A DNA stretch of 64,000 bases from Cetorhinus maximus (Eukaryota), in assembly GCF_964194155.1 (NCBI RefSeq), contig NC_135881.1, forward strand, positions 133,300,001 through 133,364,000, in the 5' to 3' direction. Position numbers and translations under genes: made by a program. Of the stretch, positions 63,931-64,000 are shown piece after piece (position 1 is the first letter of the stretch; each line of letters starts with the position of its first letter). A model generated the notes under the pieces. The model was given only the letters and a program-made list of their open reading frames with translations, had not been told where the DNA came from and ran no database searches.

Positions 63931-64000
63931 TAATCTATTTTACATCATTCCTTGTGGTTTCATAGAAAATATCAAAGCCTGCTAAACTACCCCCGTAAAA

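Noticed and set aside
28600-64000. Evx1 exons expected upstream of HoxA13
   Set aside because: No RRYRTAFTREQ-type homeobox seen; the gene presumably lies beyond the window.
1-64000. CRISPR array or prokaryotic operon
   Set aside because: Intron-containing vertebrate genes and eukaryotic transposons; no regularly spaced repeat-spacer array.

Overview
Vertebrate genomic DNA, very likely from a shark or other elasmobranch (inferred from the Hox proteins and the repeat families; species not determinable here). It covers the 5' (posterior) end of a HoxA cluster on the minus strand: HoxA10 exon 1 (857-1616), HoxA11 (two exons, 12813-14875) and HoxA13 (two exons, 27212-28535), with no HoxA12. Beyond HoxA13 lies a frameshifted Hox14-type homeobox exon (34990-35179) whose splice donor falls after homeodomain codon 44, i.e. 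a HoxA14 pseudogene; weaker candidates exist for its exons 1 and 3. The first ~41.5 kb is CpG-retaining and free of recognisable transposons. After that the DNA is packed with nested mobile elements: L2 and CR1-group LINEs, DeuSINE-like SINEs, a Harbinger transposon with MITE relatives, and a hAT-type element. Main observations: the HoxA14 pseudogene; a single-ORF LINE carrying a tRNA-like SINE head, plus a head+tail SINE that matches it; the mammalian 17-aa HOXA10 N-terminal extension conserved but cut by a TGA; a 98-bp near-perfect palindrome inside the pseudogene; a perfect DR2 element; and NR6A1-type and CTCF motifs. No Evx1 exon was seen. All comparisons to other species are from memory and were not computed.
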